DNA of 64,000 nt, taken from NCBI GenBank assembly GCA_951406725.2, contig OX597823.1, positions 744,001-808,000 of the forward strand, given 5' to 3'. Made by a program: the position numbers and the translations under genes. Shown here one piece after another: positions 52,126 through 64,000 of the stretch (position 1 is its first letter; every line of letters begins with the position of its first letter). The notes below the pieces were generated by a model, which was not told the DNA's origin, made no database searches, and saw only the letters and a list, made by a program, of their open reading frames with translations. This DNA is from Octopus vulgaris. Lineage: Eukaryota.

Positions 52126-53542
52126 CATCATCATCATCATCATTTAACGTCTGTTGTCCATGCTGGAATTGACCATGGCTGGCATGCTGGAAGGCTGTAC
52201 CAGACTCCAGTCTGATTTGGCATGGTTTCTATGGCTGGACACCCTTCCTTACACTCATTCCACTCCAAGAGTGTAATGAGTGCTTTATGTGCCACCAGCA
52301 CATGCGTCATTTGCGTGACACCAGTAATTAGTCATGACTGTGATTTCACTTGGCTTGATGGGTCTTCCTCTCAAGCACGACATAAGGCCAAAGGTTTTGG
52401 TCATTTGTCATTGCCTCCATGAGGCCCAACACTCGTTTCTGTGAGGCCCAATGTCAAAAAGGTGCTCTTTACGTGCCACTGGCACATGTGCCAGTTACCT
52501 GACACTGGCATTGGCCACGACTACGATTTCACTTGTCTTGATGGGTCTTCTCAAGCACGGTACATTGCCAAAGACCTTGGTCACCAGTCATTGCCTCTGT
52601 GAGGCTCAAAGTTCGAAGATCATGCTTGACTACCTCATCCCATGTCTTCCTGGGTCTATCTCTACCACAGGTTCCCTCCACAGTTAGAGATTGGCACTTC
52701 TTTACACAGCTGTCCTCGTCCATATGCATCACCTGATTATACTAGTGCAGTTGTCTCTCTTGCACACCACACCTGATTCTGCTTATGCCAATCTTTTCTC
52801 TCAAGATGCTTACACTGACATTGCACATCCAGTGAAGCATGCTAGCTTCACTTCTATCAAGCCTACACAAGTCTTTAGCAGTCACAGCCCATGTTTCACT
52901 GCTGTTTAGCATAGCTGTTTACACACAGGCATCATACAGTCTGCCTTTCACTCTGAGGGAGAAGCCTTTTGTTACCAACAAAGGTAAGATCTCTCTGAAC
53001 TTTGCTCAGCTTATTCTTATTCTTACAGTTATGCTCTCAGAGCATCCACCTCTGCTACTAACTTGGTCACCTAGGTAATGGAAGCTATCACCTACCTCTA
53101 GCTTACCCACCTGGCAGTTGATGGGGTTTATTTTCTGTACATCTTCAGTGTTTATTGCCTCTGTGCATCTGCCACACACAAAAACTATTTTCCCAGTTAA
53201 CCTTCCTCTAATATTGCTGCACCTCTTGTGTGTGCATAGCTTGCACCAGGTATATCTTATGGAGTTTCTACCAATGCCTGTCCTACAAATTGAGAAGGGC
53301 AATCTACCTTAAGGTATTTGTGATTTTTCTGCTCTCCTACTTACTAAGACTTTGGTTTTTGCTAGATTAGCTCTAAAGTCCTTTGATTCAAGACTTTGCC
53401 TCCATGCCTGAAATTTCTTCTCTATTTCAGGTAGTGATTTGGCCATGAGGACAAGGCCATCAGCATAGAGGAGCTCCCAGGGACAACCTGTCTTGAATTT
53501 GTCTATTATTGCCTGGAGGACAATGATGGACAAGAGGGGGGT
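52126..53542 (-). mobile_element. RTE LINE, 5'-truncated (RT C-half, PHD-type finger, 3' tail)
   Basis: WELLYADG, NLAKTK, ICR.GIGRNSIR.TWCKL.THKRC..FVCGRC, DSFHYLGD, RPRKTWDEVV. Confidence 0.9.
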
Positions 53543-56500
53543 GCTACAGGACACTGTTACTTGTCTCAGGGTTAAACACATTACTTAGCTGGACAATTTC
53601 TTGTGTTGGAGTGACATAAATGTCTTTCATTTGTTTAACAACCTAATGTCTGTCTGTCTGTCTGTCTCCATGTATGTATGTATGTATGTATGTATGTATG
53701 TATGTATGTATGTATGTATGTATGTATGTATGTATGTATGTATGTATGTATGTATGTATGTATGTGTGTGTATGTGTGTATGTATGTATGTATGTATGTC
53801 ATTTGTTTAACAACCTAATGTCTGTCTGTCTGTCTGTCTCCATGTATGTATGTATGTATGTATGTATGTATGTATGTATGTATGTATGTATGTATGTATG
53901 TATGTATGTATGTATGTATGTATGTATGTATGTATGTATGTATGTATGTATGTATGTATGTATGTATGTATGTATGTATGTATGTATGTCTCTATGTATG
54001 TATGTATGTATGTATGTATGTATGTATGTATGTATGTATGTATGTATGTATGTATGCATGCATGTATGTATGTATGTATGTATGTATGTATGCATGTATG
54101 CATGTATGTATGTATGTCTCTATGTATGTATGTATGTATGTATGTATGTATGTATGCATGTATGTATGTCTCTATGTATGTATGTATGTATGTATGTATG
54201 TATGTATGTATGTATGTATGTATGTTTATATATGTGTGTGTGTTTGTGAGTAAGTGTTTATATTAATGCTAATAACTGGTGTTGGCTGGCAACTTTCAGT
54301 GAAAGGAATTATTCAATCCTGGAATTGTTTGGTCCTCTCTTTTATAGACCTCAGAGGGGTGAAATCTGGAGTTGGCTCTGGTTGGAACTGAACTCAGAAT
54401 GTAAAGAGGCAGAATGATAATGCTAATGAATGCTAATGAATGCTAATAATAAAGGCTAATTATAAAAGATTGCCATTAGTGAATAATGAATAGTTTAAGA
54501 CATTCTAGAAATATAATTTAAAGAAAGAAGAGAAAATATTCTTTAAAAGAATTAGAAAGAAATTTAGAAAAGAGAAAAAAAAATTAGAATTTTGGAGGTG
54601 AAAATGTTCTGAGTTCAAAAGGAAGGTCACACATTTCTTTGAAGGAAAAAATATAACAACAGAAGTTTAATTTGTAAGTAATTACTGATCAAACTATATT
54701 TAATTAGTAATTAGCTATGGGAAGCACTTAACTTAATTGGAAGGGATGTAATCTTCATTATTAAGAGTTTATTTAATTTTATTTTAGCATTTATTTGTTT
54801 CTGTTTAGTGATTTGTTAAAGAGCCCAGAGTAATGAATAATGAATTACATTTGTTGCTGTCTAAGCCAGAGGCTCGAGTCCTGCTACAGGACACTGTTAC
54901 TTGTCTCAGGGTTAAACACATTACTTAGCTGGACAACTTATTGTGTTGGAGTGACACACAAATGCCTTTCATTTGTTTAACGACTTTAATTACTGACAAT
55001 AGGAAGTAATTGCATCTAATCTGTGGTTCCTGCAAATTATTGACAAAGTTGACTTTGCCTTTCATTTTTCTGGGATTGTTAGTGAAAGTACCAGTAATAT
55101 ATTTGGGTAATTCAATTTGTTTCACATTTGCCCCACAAATTTATAATTCTGTACAATATAAGAAGTAATTGTCATTAATATTGTAACTGTTATCTAAATG
55201 TAATGATTACAAAATCTGGTATAGCACCGGTCAAGACAGACAAGAATTGTAATACTCAGTTTCACATCTCTAGGTTATGAGTTCAAATCTCACTAAGGTC
55301 AACTTTGCTTTTTATCCTTCGTGAATTGGTCAAATAAATAATAAATAACAAGAACTAACGATGATCCAATCAATTATGTTCTCTTGCAAAATGCCTGGCA
55401 GAAGGCTGAAAGTGTTCTGAATTTATAACACATGGGACAATTGTTGTCACATGTAGGATGGCTTCAACTATCATGAGGAAGATGATGGAGGCAATCCTCA
55501 TGTGGCACTCGAGTTGAGAATCAAATCTATCATCTCATAACAACAGCTGTTCCACCGTTGAGCAAAAGATTAATGGAGAGCAGACTGAAGAATGTCTGTG
55601 TTTTGCATACATTCTTGAACCAGCCTGGTTGATAGTCTTTCCATGTCAAGAGGAAATACCTTTAGACCCAGGATGACAAATAGATGAGCAATGCTCTATC
55701 CTCTAACAGTGCCACACTTTCATCAAACAATGACAGAAAAATGTTAACTGATGAAATGAAGGGAAAAAAAGAAGAAAAAAATCACAAAAAAAGGACACAA
55801 AACAAAAGAAATCAGTTGAAGAGGAACAATTTCTTCTGAATAACAATGAAATCCTTCTCCAGGAAAATAATGAAGGACATAAAAAGAACAAAGATGAACT
55901 ATGATTCACCTTTTTTGCAAATAGCTAATAGAGAAACTTATGCATCTTTAGTGCTCCAGACTCTCTCAAAATATCAGATTGACACAAAAACTATTAGGTT
56001 CAGAAAATAAACAGCATGCAAAAGATAGATTACAAGAAAAATTAAAATTAAGACATTATACAGAAGTTAAAAGAGAATGCTCTTAAGAAGTTGGTGTTTT
56101 TCAACACCAGGTGTTTCAACACCAGGTGTTTCAATAAATGCTTAATGGTGCATTTGGTTACACTTAAATACAATATGAAGAACGGTTAAGTAAACAGGGT
56201 TGTGGAATATATAACCAGAATACCTTTCCAGAATATCTTTCATGCTTCATTTCTTTTAATTATATCTTGTTTTAATTATTGAGTTTTATCATACGTTTTG
56301 TGTTTATTTCCATGTAAATATGTGTGTATGCATAAGTATATGCATATGTGTAAATGTGTGTGTGTGCATATAGGAATATGAACGCACATATCTTTATATC
56401 GTTGCTATTAAGCAAAAGTGTCATAAGTACAAAACATTGCTTTTTCAGAAAACGAAAAAATAGTTTCGCCATTCCATTTCCTTTTACGTTATCAACAGTT

Positions 56501-56593
56501 TCAGCTTAACGATAATACTTTGTTGGGTGCATAAAATCGTAACTCCATGAATGTATGATATTTTCAGGCAGAAATATTTTTGCAAAACTGTTC

Positions 56594-57923
56594 AAAGGAA
56601 TGCTAACTGGGAAGATAGTTTTTGTATGCGGCAGATGCTCAGGAGCAATAAACACTGAAAATGCGCAGAGAACAACTTCCGCCACATTCCAGGGAGGAAA
56701 ACTAGAAGTAGTTGATAGCTTCCATTACCAAGGTGACCAAGTCAGTAGCGGGGAAGGGTGCGCTGAAAGTGTAGCTGCTAGAATAAGAATAGCTTGGGCA
56801 AAAATCAAAGAGCTCTTACCTCTGCTGGCGACAAAGGGCCTCTCGCTCAGAGTAAAAGGTAGACTGTATGATGCTTGTGTACAAACAGCCATGCTACATG
56901 GCAGTGACATATGGGCTGTGACTGCTGAGGACATGCATAAGCTCACAAGGAATGAAGCCAGTATGCTCCGATGGATATGTAATGTCAATGTGCATACTCG
57001 ACAGCGTGTAGGTACCTTGAGAGAAATGTTGGACCGAAGAAGCATCAGATGTGGTGTGCAAAAGAGATGACTGTGCTGGTATGGTCATGTGGTGAGAATG
57101 GATGAGGATAACTGTGTGAAAAAGCATCACACCCTAGCGGTTGAGGGAAACTGTAGAAGAGGTAGACTCAGGAAGACCTGGGATGAAGTAGTGATGCACG
57201 ACCTTCGAACTTTAGGCCTCACCAAGGAAATGACTAGTAACCAAGACTTTTGGAAATATGCCGTGCGTGAGAAGACCCAGTAAGCCAAGTGAGACCATAA
57301 TCTCGTGGCCTATGCCAAGGGTGTAACAAGCCCACTTATGTGTACCTTTTCCTTCTTTGGACACTAAACTCTGCTTGCGAAGACCTGTTTAGGCAAGTGA
57401 AATTAAAATCAAATTTGATGACTGATATCCATGCTAGCTGGGTGCAAAGAGCACCATACGAGCGTGATCGTTGACAGAGCGGCTAACCAGCTTCCATGCC
57501 GGTGGCACATAAAAGGCACCATTCGAGCATGATCATTACCAGCGTTGCCTTACTGGCACTCGAGCCCCATGCTAGTAGGATATTAAGAGCACCATCCGAG
57601 CGTGATCGTTGCCAGAGTGGCTATCTGGTTTCTGTGCCAGTGGCATGTAAAAGACACCATTCGAGCGTGATTGTTATCAGTATCGCCTTATTGGCACCTC
57701 TGCTGGTGGCATGTGTAAAAGATTCGAGCGTGGTCGTTACCAGTACCGCCTGACTGGCACGTAAAAGCACCCACTACACTCACGGAGTGGTTGGCGTTAG
57801 GAAGGGCATCCAGCTGTAGAAACTCTGCCAGATCAGGATTGAAGCCTGGTGCAGCCATCTGGTTTGCCAGTCCTCAGTCATTGGTCCATCCCATGCTAGC
57901 ATGGAAAGCGGACGATGATGATG
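56594..57923 (+). mobile_element. RTE LINE 3' part with UTR array variant and (GAT)n tail
   Basis: KIVFVCGRCSG, LEVVDSFHY, RIRIAWAK, KTWDEVV; array 57450-57770; conserved tail. Confidence 0.92.
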
Positions 57924-58399
57924 TTGCACGTGGAACTTATTACACTCTTCAAAAATGCTAAACCAGTGTACTACACTTTGACAATTTTCATCTGAAACAG
58001 CTGGAGATACGATAGTTTGGCCAAAAGAACCAGCTATTGCAAGAAAAATTAAATATTGAAAAAAAAATGCATTTGGCCAAATTTGGACATACAATAGTTT
58101 AACATAATAGCAATATATGTATATGTGTGTGTGTGTTGGTATGTATATCAATATATTTCTTAATATATGTTCCATGTTGATCCATTAAGAGCCAATCTGG
58201 TTATGCGTAGCTGATTTTTGTTTGGCAAAAGGGAAATAGGATTTAGAAATAAATTCTATATTTTACACTGCTTGCTTGTTTTCTTAACGAAGTTTATTTT
58301 TTATGAAATAGTTTTAGGTCCTACTTGATGTTCTTTTTTTCTTTTCTCAATTTACTGAGAGAGTTTTTGTTTTTTAGTTGTTGTTTTTTTTTTGGGGGG

Positions 58400-59400
58400 G
58401 GGTGTCTGTTACACATTGGTATCCGTCTATCTCACAGAATCAAGTGCTTGTGGGAATAGGTGTGTTTATATGGGGCATGCTTTCAACAGATCCTAATCAA
58501 CTTTTCACACAGTAACTTCATTCCCTCATTAACATTGGGATTGCCAATTTGCTTCAAGGATTTCAGTTTCAATTTCATTCCACTTGGCCTTCCTGAAATT
58601 CAAGTTCATGTAGAGGGAGTCGCATTTGATGCTATTTGTGTCTGTTTCCCTCTTTGAACCCTTTGAACCAGGTAATTGTATAATGTTGTGGTTGGAAATA
58701 GCTGTGGGAATGATCTGAACATTGTGAGTGAAGTCTGTATTGTGAGTGAAGTCTGTATTGTGAGTGAAGTCTGTATTGTGAGTGAAGTCTGTATTGTGAG
58801 TGAAGTCTGTAAAGACTCGGTTGAGTATGTTTTACCCCTCTAGTTTGACGGATAATGATTTGTTGTATGAAGAAGTCTTTTAGAGTATCAAAAAAGACAT
58901 TCATATCTCTCCCGTTCAGTTGTATAATTTCAGGTTGGACATAACCCTCAGGCCAGCTGAGATTAGGAAAACTAAAATCCTCTCCTAAAACTTCATTGGT
59001 CAGTTGGCTGGCCTCATTTGTGGCTTGGCTTATGAACAACAAAGCATCTTTGATCTCCATGGCTGCATCAGGAAGACAGTGGGTAATACTGAGGATAAAA
59101 TTGAGGTTGATCGTGTGCATTATTAGTGTTGGAGTCAGAGAGGGTGAAAATTTGTTGCCGGGTCTTCTTGGATGAAAATTGCTATTTCTCCTTGTTTCCA
59201 TATTCTTTGGTCAGTTCTGAGTGGTACATAACCTCCCATATGTACTTCCACATCCAATATGTCTGGGGTCAGGCGCGTTTCGCTTAGTGCTACACATATT
59301 GTCTTTTCTCGTTGTGCAAGGTCTCTCTTGCTGTGCGAGATCTCTAAGATATGATACTTATGTTCAATTTGAAATATTTTGTACATTTGGCATTATTATA
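58400..59400 (-). mobile_element. CR1/L2-type APE endonuclease remnant
   Basis: VALSETRL..DI.D.EV...GY...R.D, LGEDFSFPNLSW (GDFN.P.I.W), F.IQQII...TRG. Confidence 0.7.
58722..58811. repeat. 18-bp minisatellite, 5 copies
   Basis: TTGTGAGTGAAGTCTGTA x5, perfect. Confidence 0.95.
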
Positions 59401-59654
59401 AAGTTGAGTTTGTGAGTTAATGAGAGAAATGGTGTGTGGTTGGGCATTGGGGTAATAGCTGTAGTTGATAGCCACAGGTTTTTTTTATCCTTTCTTTTGT
59501 TAGATTCATCTTGGTTTTGTGGCTCTTGATTTTACAATAAATATCTGGTTGACTTCTGAGTTTCGATGAAAGTCTGGACCAACACTGCAACTGCAAGGGA
59601 TATTTCTTCTGTGGATTTCGTGGTTGCTTGAAGTCATGCTTTTACTTGTGAATT

Positions 59655-60215
59655 GAGTCCCTAAAAGATTTGCATTCCTCTAACCTTCTTCTGGCAACCT
59701 TTTTGCTCTTCTGGCAGTGAATTCTGGCTGTCAAGATGCTTGTAAATGCTTTCTGAAAGCAATCTTGCTAACAGCTTCCACCCTAATGGTAAGAAAGTGA
59801 TTGGGCTATAATTACTGGCTGTATTACCCTTGCTTTTGTCTTTCATAATGAGTATTGCCCTCCCTCAAGTCATCAAATCTGGTATTATTCCTCCATTAAG
59901 ACAATCCTGAAGTCGATCCCTCAGCCTCCCATGTGAACTAATAAATTTCTTTAGCTAGTACCCTTGAACTAAATCTACTTCTGGGCCCTCCCAATTCAGC
60001 ATTTTCCATAACACTTTACTCATTAAAGTACTAGTTAATCTTAAATCTGGTCGCTTCTCATTCACCATCTCCAGTACTTTCTCCTCTGGTCTCTCTCAAA
60101 TAATCTATTCTGTTGATACTGATCTATTCTTTTCTGTTATCTGGAAAGCTAACCTGCAACGGCTATGATACGCTGTTTCAACTCTCCTATGATTGTCCTA
60201 AATTTTATCTCTTTG
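59655..60215 (-). mobile_element. R4/Dong-like LINE RT N-terminal fragment next to (TTA)n
   Basis: KDKSKGNTASNYSPITFLPLGWKLL...LPEEQKGC; NWEGP..D.VQGY. Confidence 0.75.
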
Positions 60216-60217
60216 AC

Positions 60218-60262
<45 letters not shown>

Positions 60263-60642
60263 ATGACATAAACTCTCAGCCTATTTTGCTGGGTATGATG
60301 GAGAGTGTCAGCTGTCCACAGCCAGCAGACTAAGGTGACATTTGTTTACTGGTCAGGCTTCAAGAATCCTGCAAAGAATTCTTGCAGTTCCAAGCAATGC
60401 TGATTCTTGAAGGTGTTCTACCTTCACGCTTGCGCCAATCTTTTTTATCCATGTTGGTCCACTGGGCTGCTCCAATAGTAACAATCCATAACCATCATGT
60501 TTACCTGTTTACTCCACTTATGTCTTGTAGCATGGTTAACAGTTGCTGGATTATGACCAGGCCCACCCTGCTGCCACATGTGACACCTTCACCATTGGTT
60601 CCAGTCCTGTTCACACCATTATCATCATCTATTTTGCTTGGC

Positions 60643-61506
<864 letters not shown>

Positions 61507-61507
<1 letters not shown>

Positions 61508-62570
61508 TATGTTTGACTTTTGCTTTATATTTGTACAAGTTGGCTCCAAGTCTCACCCAGAGACCTCAAGAGACAACAGGTTGGAAGTTCACGTTGTTGT
61601 TATGCCTAGTGTGCCATATATTTGGTTGTTTTTTCTTTTGGTGTTGTACTAGTGGATATCTAAAAAAAAAAAATTATGTTTGTTTTAAACCTTGAGATTA
61701 CATAGAAAGTATTTTGCGTAGGATATGAGCAGTTCCCATGAGCACTATCTTTTGAATTTCTGCCATTTTGGGGTTTCCTGGTATCTGAGTTAGGTAGCAA
61801 TCAGCCCCTTTCGCTATCATTCCCAGGGCACCTATGACAACAGGTATTGTTTTAGTTTTCAGGTTCCACATTTTGCTGATTTCTATTTCAAGATCTTTAT
61901 ATTTGCTCAGTTCATGGTAGGTCTTGACAGATACGTTTGTATCGATTGGGACAGTCATATCAATGAGGAGGCATGTTCTTTGTCTGAAGTCTTTCAATAT
62001 GATGCCTGGCCTATTTGCATCTATCTTTCCGTCAGTTTGAATGGTGAAGTTCCAGAGGAGTGAGATGCAGTCATTTTGAAGCACTGGAGGTGGTTTGTGT
62101 TCCCATCAGTTTTTTTCATGGGGCAAATCCAGGCTTTTGCAGATTACCCAGTGAATATATTGTGCAGCTCCATCATGCCTGTTGAGATACTCTGTAGGAG
62201 CTAGAAGACTGCACTTGGAGACAACATGATCAATGGTTTCATTTTGTTGTTGACATACACGACATGTTGGGCTACTGCCGTTCTTTAATATGTTGGCCTG
62301 GTAGTTTCTTGTTGGTAGGGATTGATCTTGAGCTGCTATGATAACCCCTTCTGTTCAGGGCTTTGTCAACATCTGCATTATTCGCTCTCTTTGGGTATTT
62401 GCCATAGAGAGGGTTTTCTTGCCATTTATCATTCAGAATATCTAAGGCAGTAGTTTTAGCTTTTTCTGTGCTTATTTCTAGTATCGTCTAATTCCGAAAT
62501 TTGTTGTATTCGGAATTCACTTAGATATTCCTTTGCCTGTTTTGTTACTGAGTATGATGTTTTCTTTTCT
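61507..62570 (-). mobile_element. R4/Dong-like LINE family A, 5'-truncated
   Basis: Near-identical to 16104-17290, with deletions; RLE ORF 61698-62084; between (TTA)n and (CTT)n(TTA)n. Confidence 0.92.
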
Positions 62571-62592
62571 TCTTCTTCTTCTTCTTCTTCTT

Positions 62593-62657
<65 letters not shown>

Positions 62658-62685
62658 CATTATTATTATTATTATTATTATTACT

Positions 62686-62739
<54 letters not shown>

Positions 62740-62744
62740 CAGTA

Positions 62745-62940
62745 GTTTTATTTTTATAGTGTGCTTTCACTTCACTACCGAGCGCAGCTCTGTGTGCCTT
62801 GGGTATGTGCTGTGATTTGTTGTGATGCTCTGATGGTTATTGTATGGAAAGTGTTCTGCGTAGGATGTGTGCAGTGCCTAGTAGTGCAATTTTCTGTATG
62901 TTAAATGTGTTTGTAAATCCTGGTGTTTTTGTTACGTATT
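62745..62940 (-). mobile_element. 3' end of a third RLE LINE family
   Basis: Minus strand KYVTKTPGFTNTFNIQKIALLGTAHILRRTLSIQ*; between TTA-rich tracts. Confidence 0.75.
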
Positions 62941-62957
62941 TTTTACGTATTTGTTAC

Positions 62958-62989
<32 letters not shown>

Positions 62990-62991
<2 letters not shown>

Positions 62992-64000
62992 TTTTTTTTT
63001 CTTCTTTCAGATTTCCTTCCATTTCTTGCCGAGTGTCTTCCCGACTCCTAGGGCAAAGAAACTCATAGTGTATATTGGTAGGCCATTAAACCAAACTCAG
63101 TAGTTCATTCATTTTTTTTTTTTTTTTTTAAGTTAAATTAAAATACATGAGCAGCAACAGTTCTCACATCGACAATGCTCTTCTCAATACGTGTGATGTA
63201 CCAGTTAAGACAATCTTTTGCACTTCTTGCAGGGATGGTAAGCCAGGGATCATTCTCATATAATTTTCGGTTCCCTTCTTGATCATTCCTAGTGCTCCTA
63301 CGATCACTGGTATTGTAACCGCCTTGAGATGCCACATTTTCTCAATTTCAATGAGTAGGTCTTTATATTTTCTGAGCTTGTCAAACTCTTTCGCTGAGAT
63401 ATTATGATCACAGGGGATACTCATGTCGATCAATAAGCAAACTTTATTGTTTTGGTCTTTCACAACAATATCTGGTTTATTGGCCTTGATGGTTCGGTCT
63501 GTATGTACTGGAAAGTCCCACAGAATGGTTACATTTTCTCCTTCAGTTACGGCCTCAGGGTGGTGATTATACCACTTGTCGGCAGTTTTGATATTGTAAT
63601 GCCGACTTATTAGCCAGTGGAGATATTGGCCAACTCTGTCATGTCTTAATTTATACTCCACTGGTGCTAAGACTTTACATCCAGAGATTAGGTGGTCCAC
63701 TGTTTCAATCATGTCGTTGCAGAATCGGCATTTTGGGTCTGCTCTATTTTTGATCACATTGGCCTGGTAGTTCCGGGTTAATAGGCTTTGGTTTTGAGCA
63801 GCCAGGATGAAACCTTCGCTCTCTGCTTTTAGCCCTGAGCTCCATAGCCACTGATGGGTTTGCTTCTGGTCAACATCAGCTTGTTTGCTGCGGGTCACAT
63901 ATTTGCCGTGCAGAGGTTTCTCCTCCCACCTATCAGCCAATTGCTCGTGCGCTTTTTTCATTGCCATCATTTTCACCTTCTTTGCAACAATAGTTGCTGT
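62990..64000 (-). mobile_element. R4/Dong-like LINE family B (runs off the window)
   Basis: Open 270-aa frame: KPLHGKY, ESEGFILAAQ, CRFC..ETVDHLISGC, RHD, NKPDIVV..LIDMSIP..K..KY, IVGALG. Confidence 0.93.

Noticed and set aside
56092-56133. Short palindromic repeat AACACCAGGTGTT x2
   Set aside because: Only two copies of a 15-bp unit; consistent with a trivial local duplication.

Overview
AT-rich eukaryotic DNA saturated with microsatellites and transposons. The SINE types, RTE LINEs, (TATG)n/(CA)n tracts and decayed C2H2 zinc-finger array point to an octopus/coleoid genome (inference). No intact host gene or intact transposon ORF is visible. Content: many copies of one RTE-clade LINE family, other RTE remnants, R4/Dong-like restriction-endonuclease LINEs in (TAA)n, CR1-like LINEs, Tc1/mariner and pogo remnants, Penelope-like termini with minimal hammerhead motifs, tRNA-type SINEs, a gypsy RT remnant, solo-LTR candidates, one orphan SMG1-like exon and a zinc-finger pseudogene. 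Most worth follow-up: (1) the main RTE family has a C4HC3 PHD-type finger inserted inside its reverse transcriptase; (2) its 3' UTR carries a copy-number-variable array of ~61-nt multi-hairpin units with compensatory stem changes and variable loops; (3) a 1192-bp spacer-less foldback element with a perfect 8-bp TSD; (4) stacked (TAA)n-targeted LINEs plus a ~555-bp ORF-less candidate partner element. All family assignments come from motif recognition by eye, not database searches. Boundaries of decayed elements are approximate.
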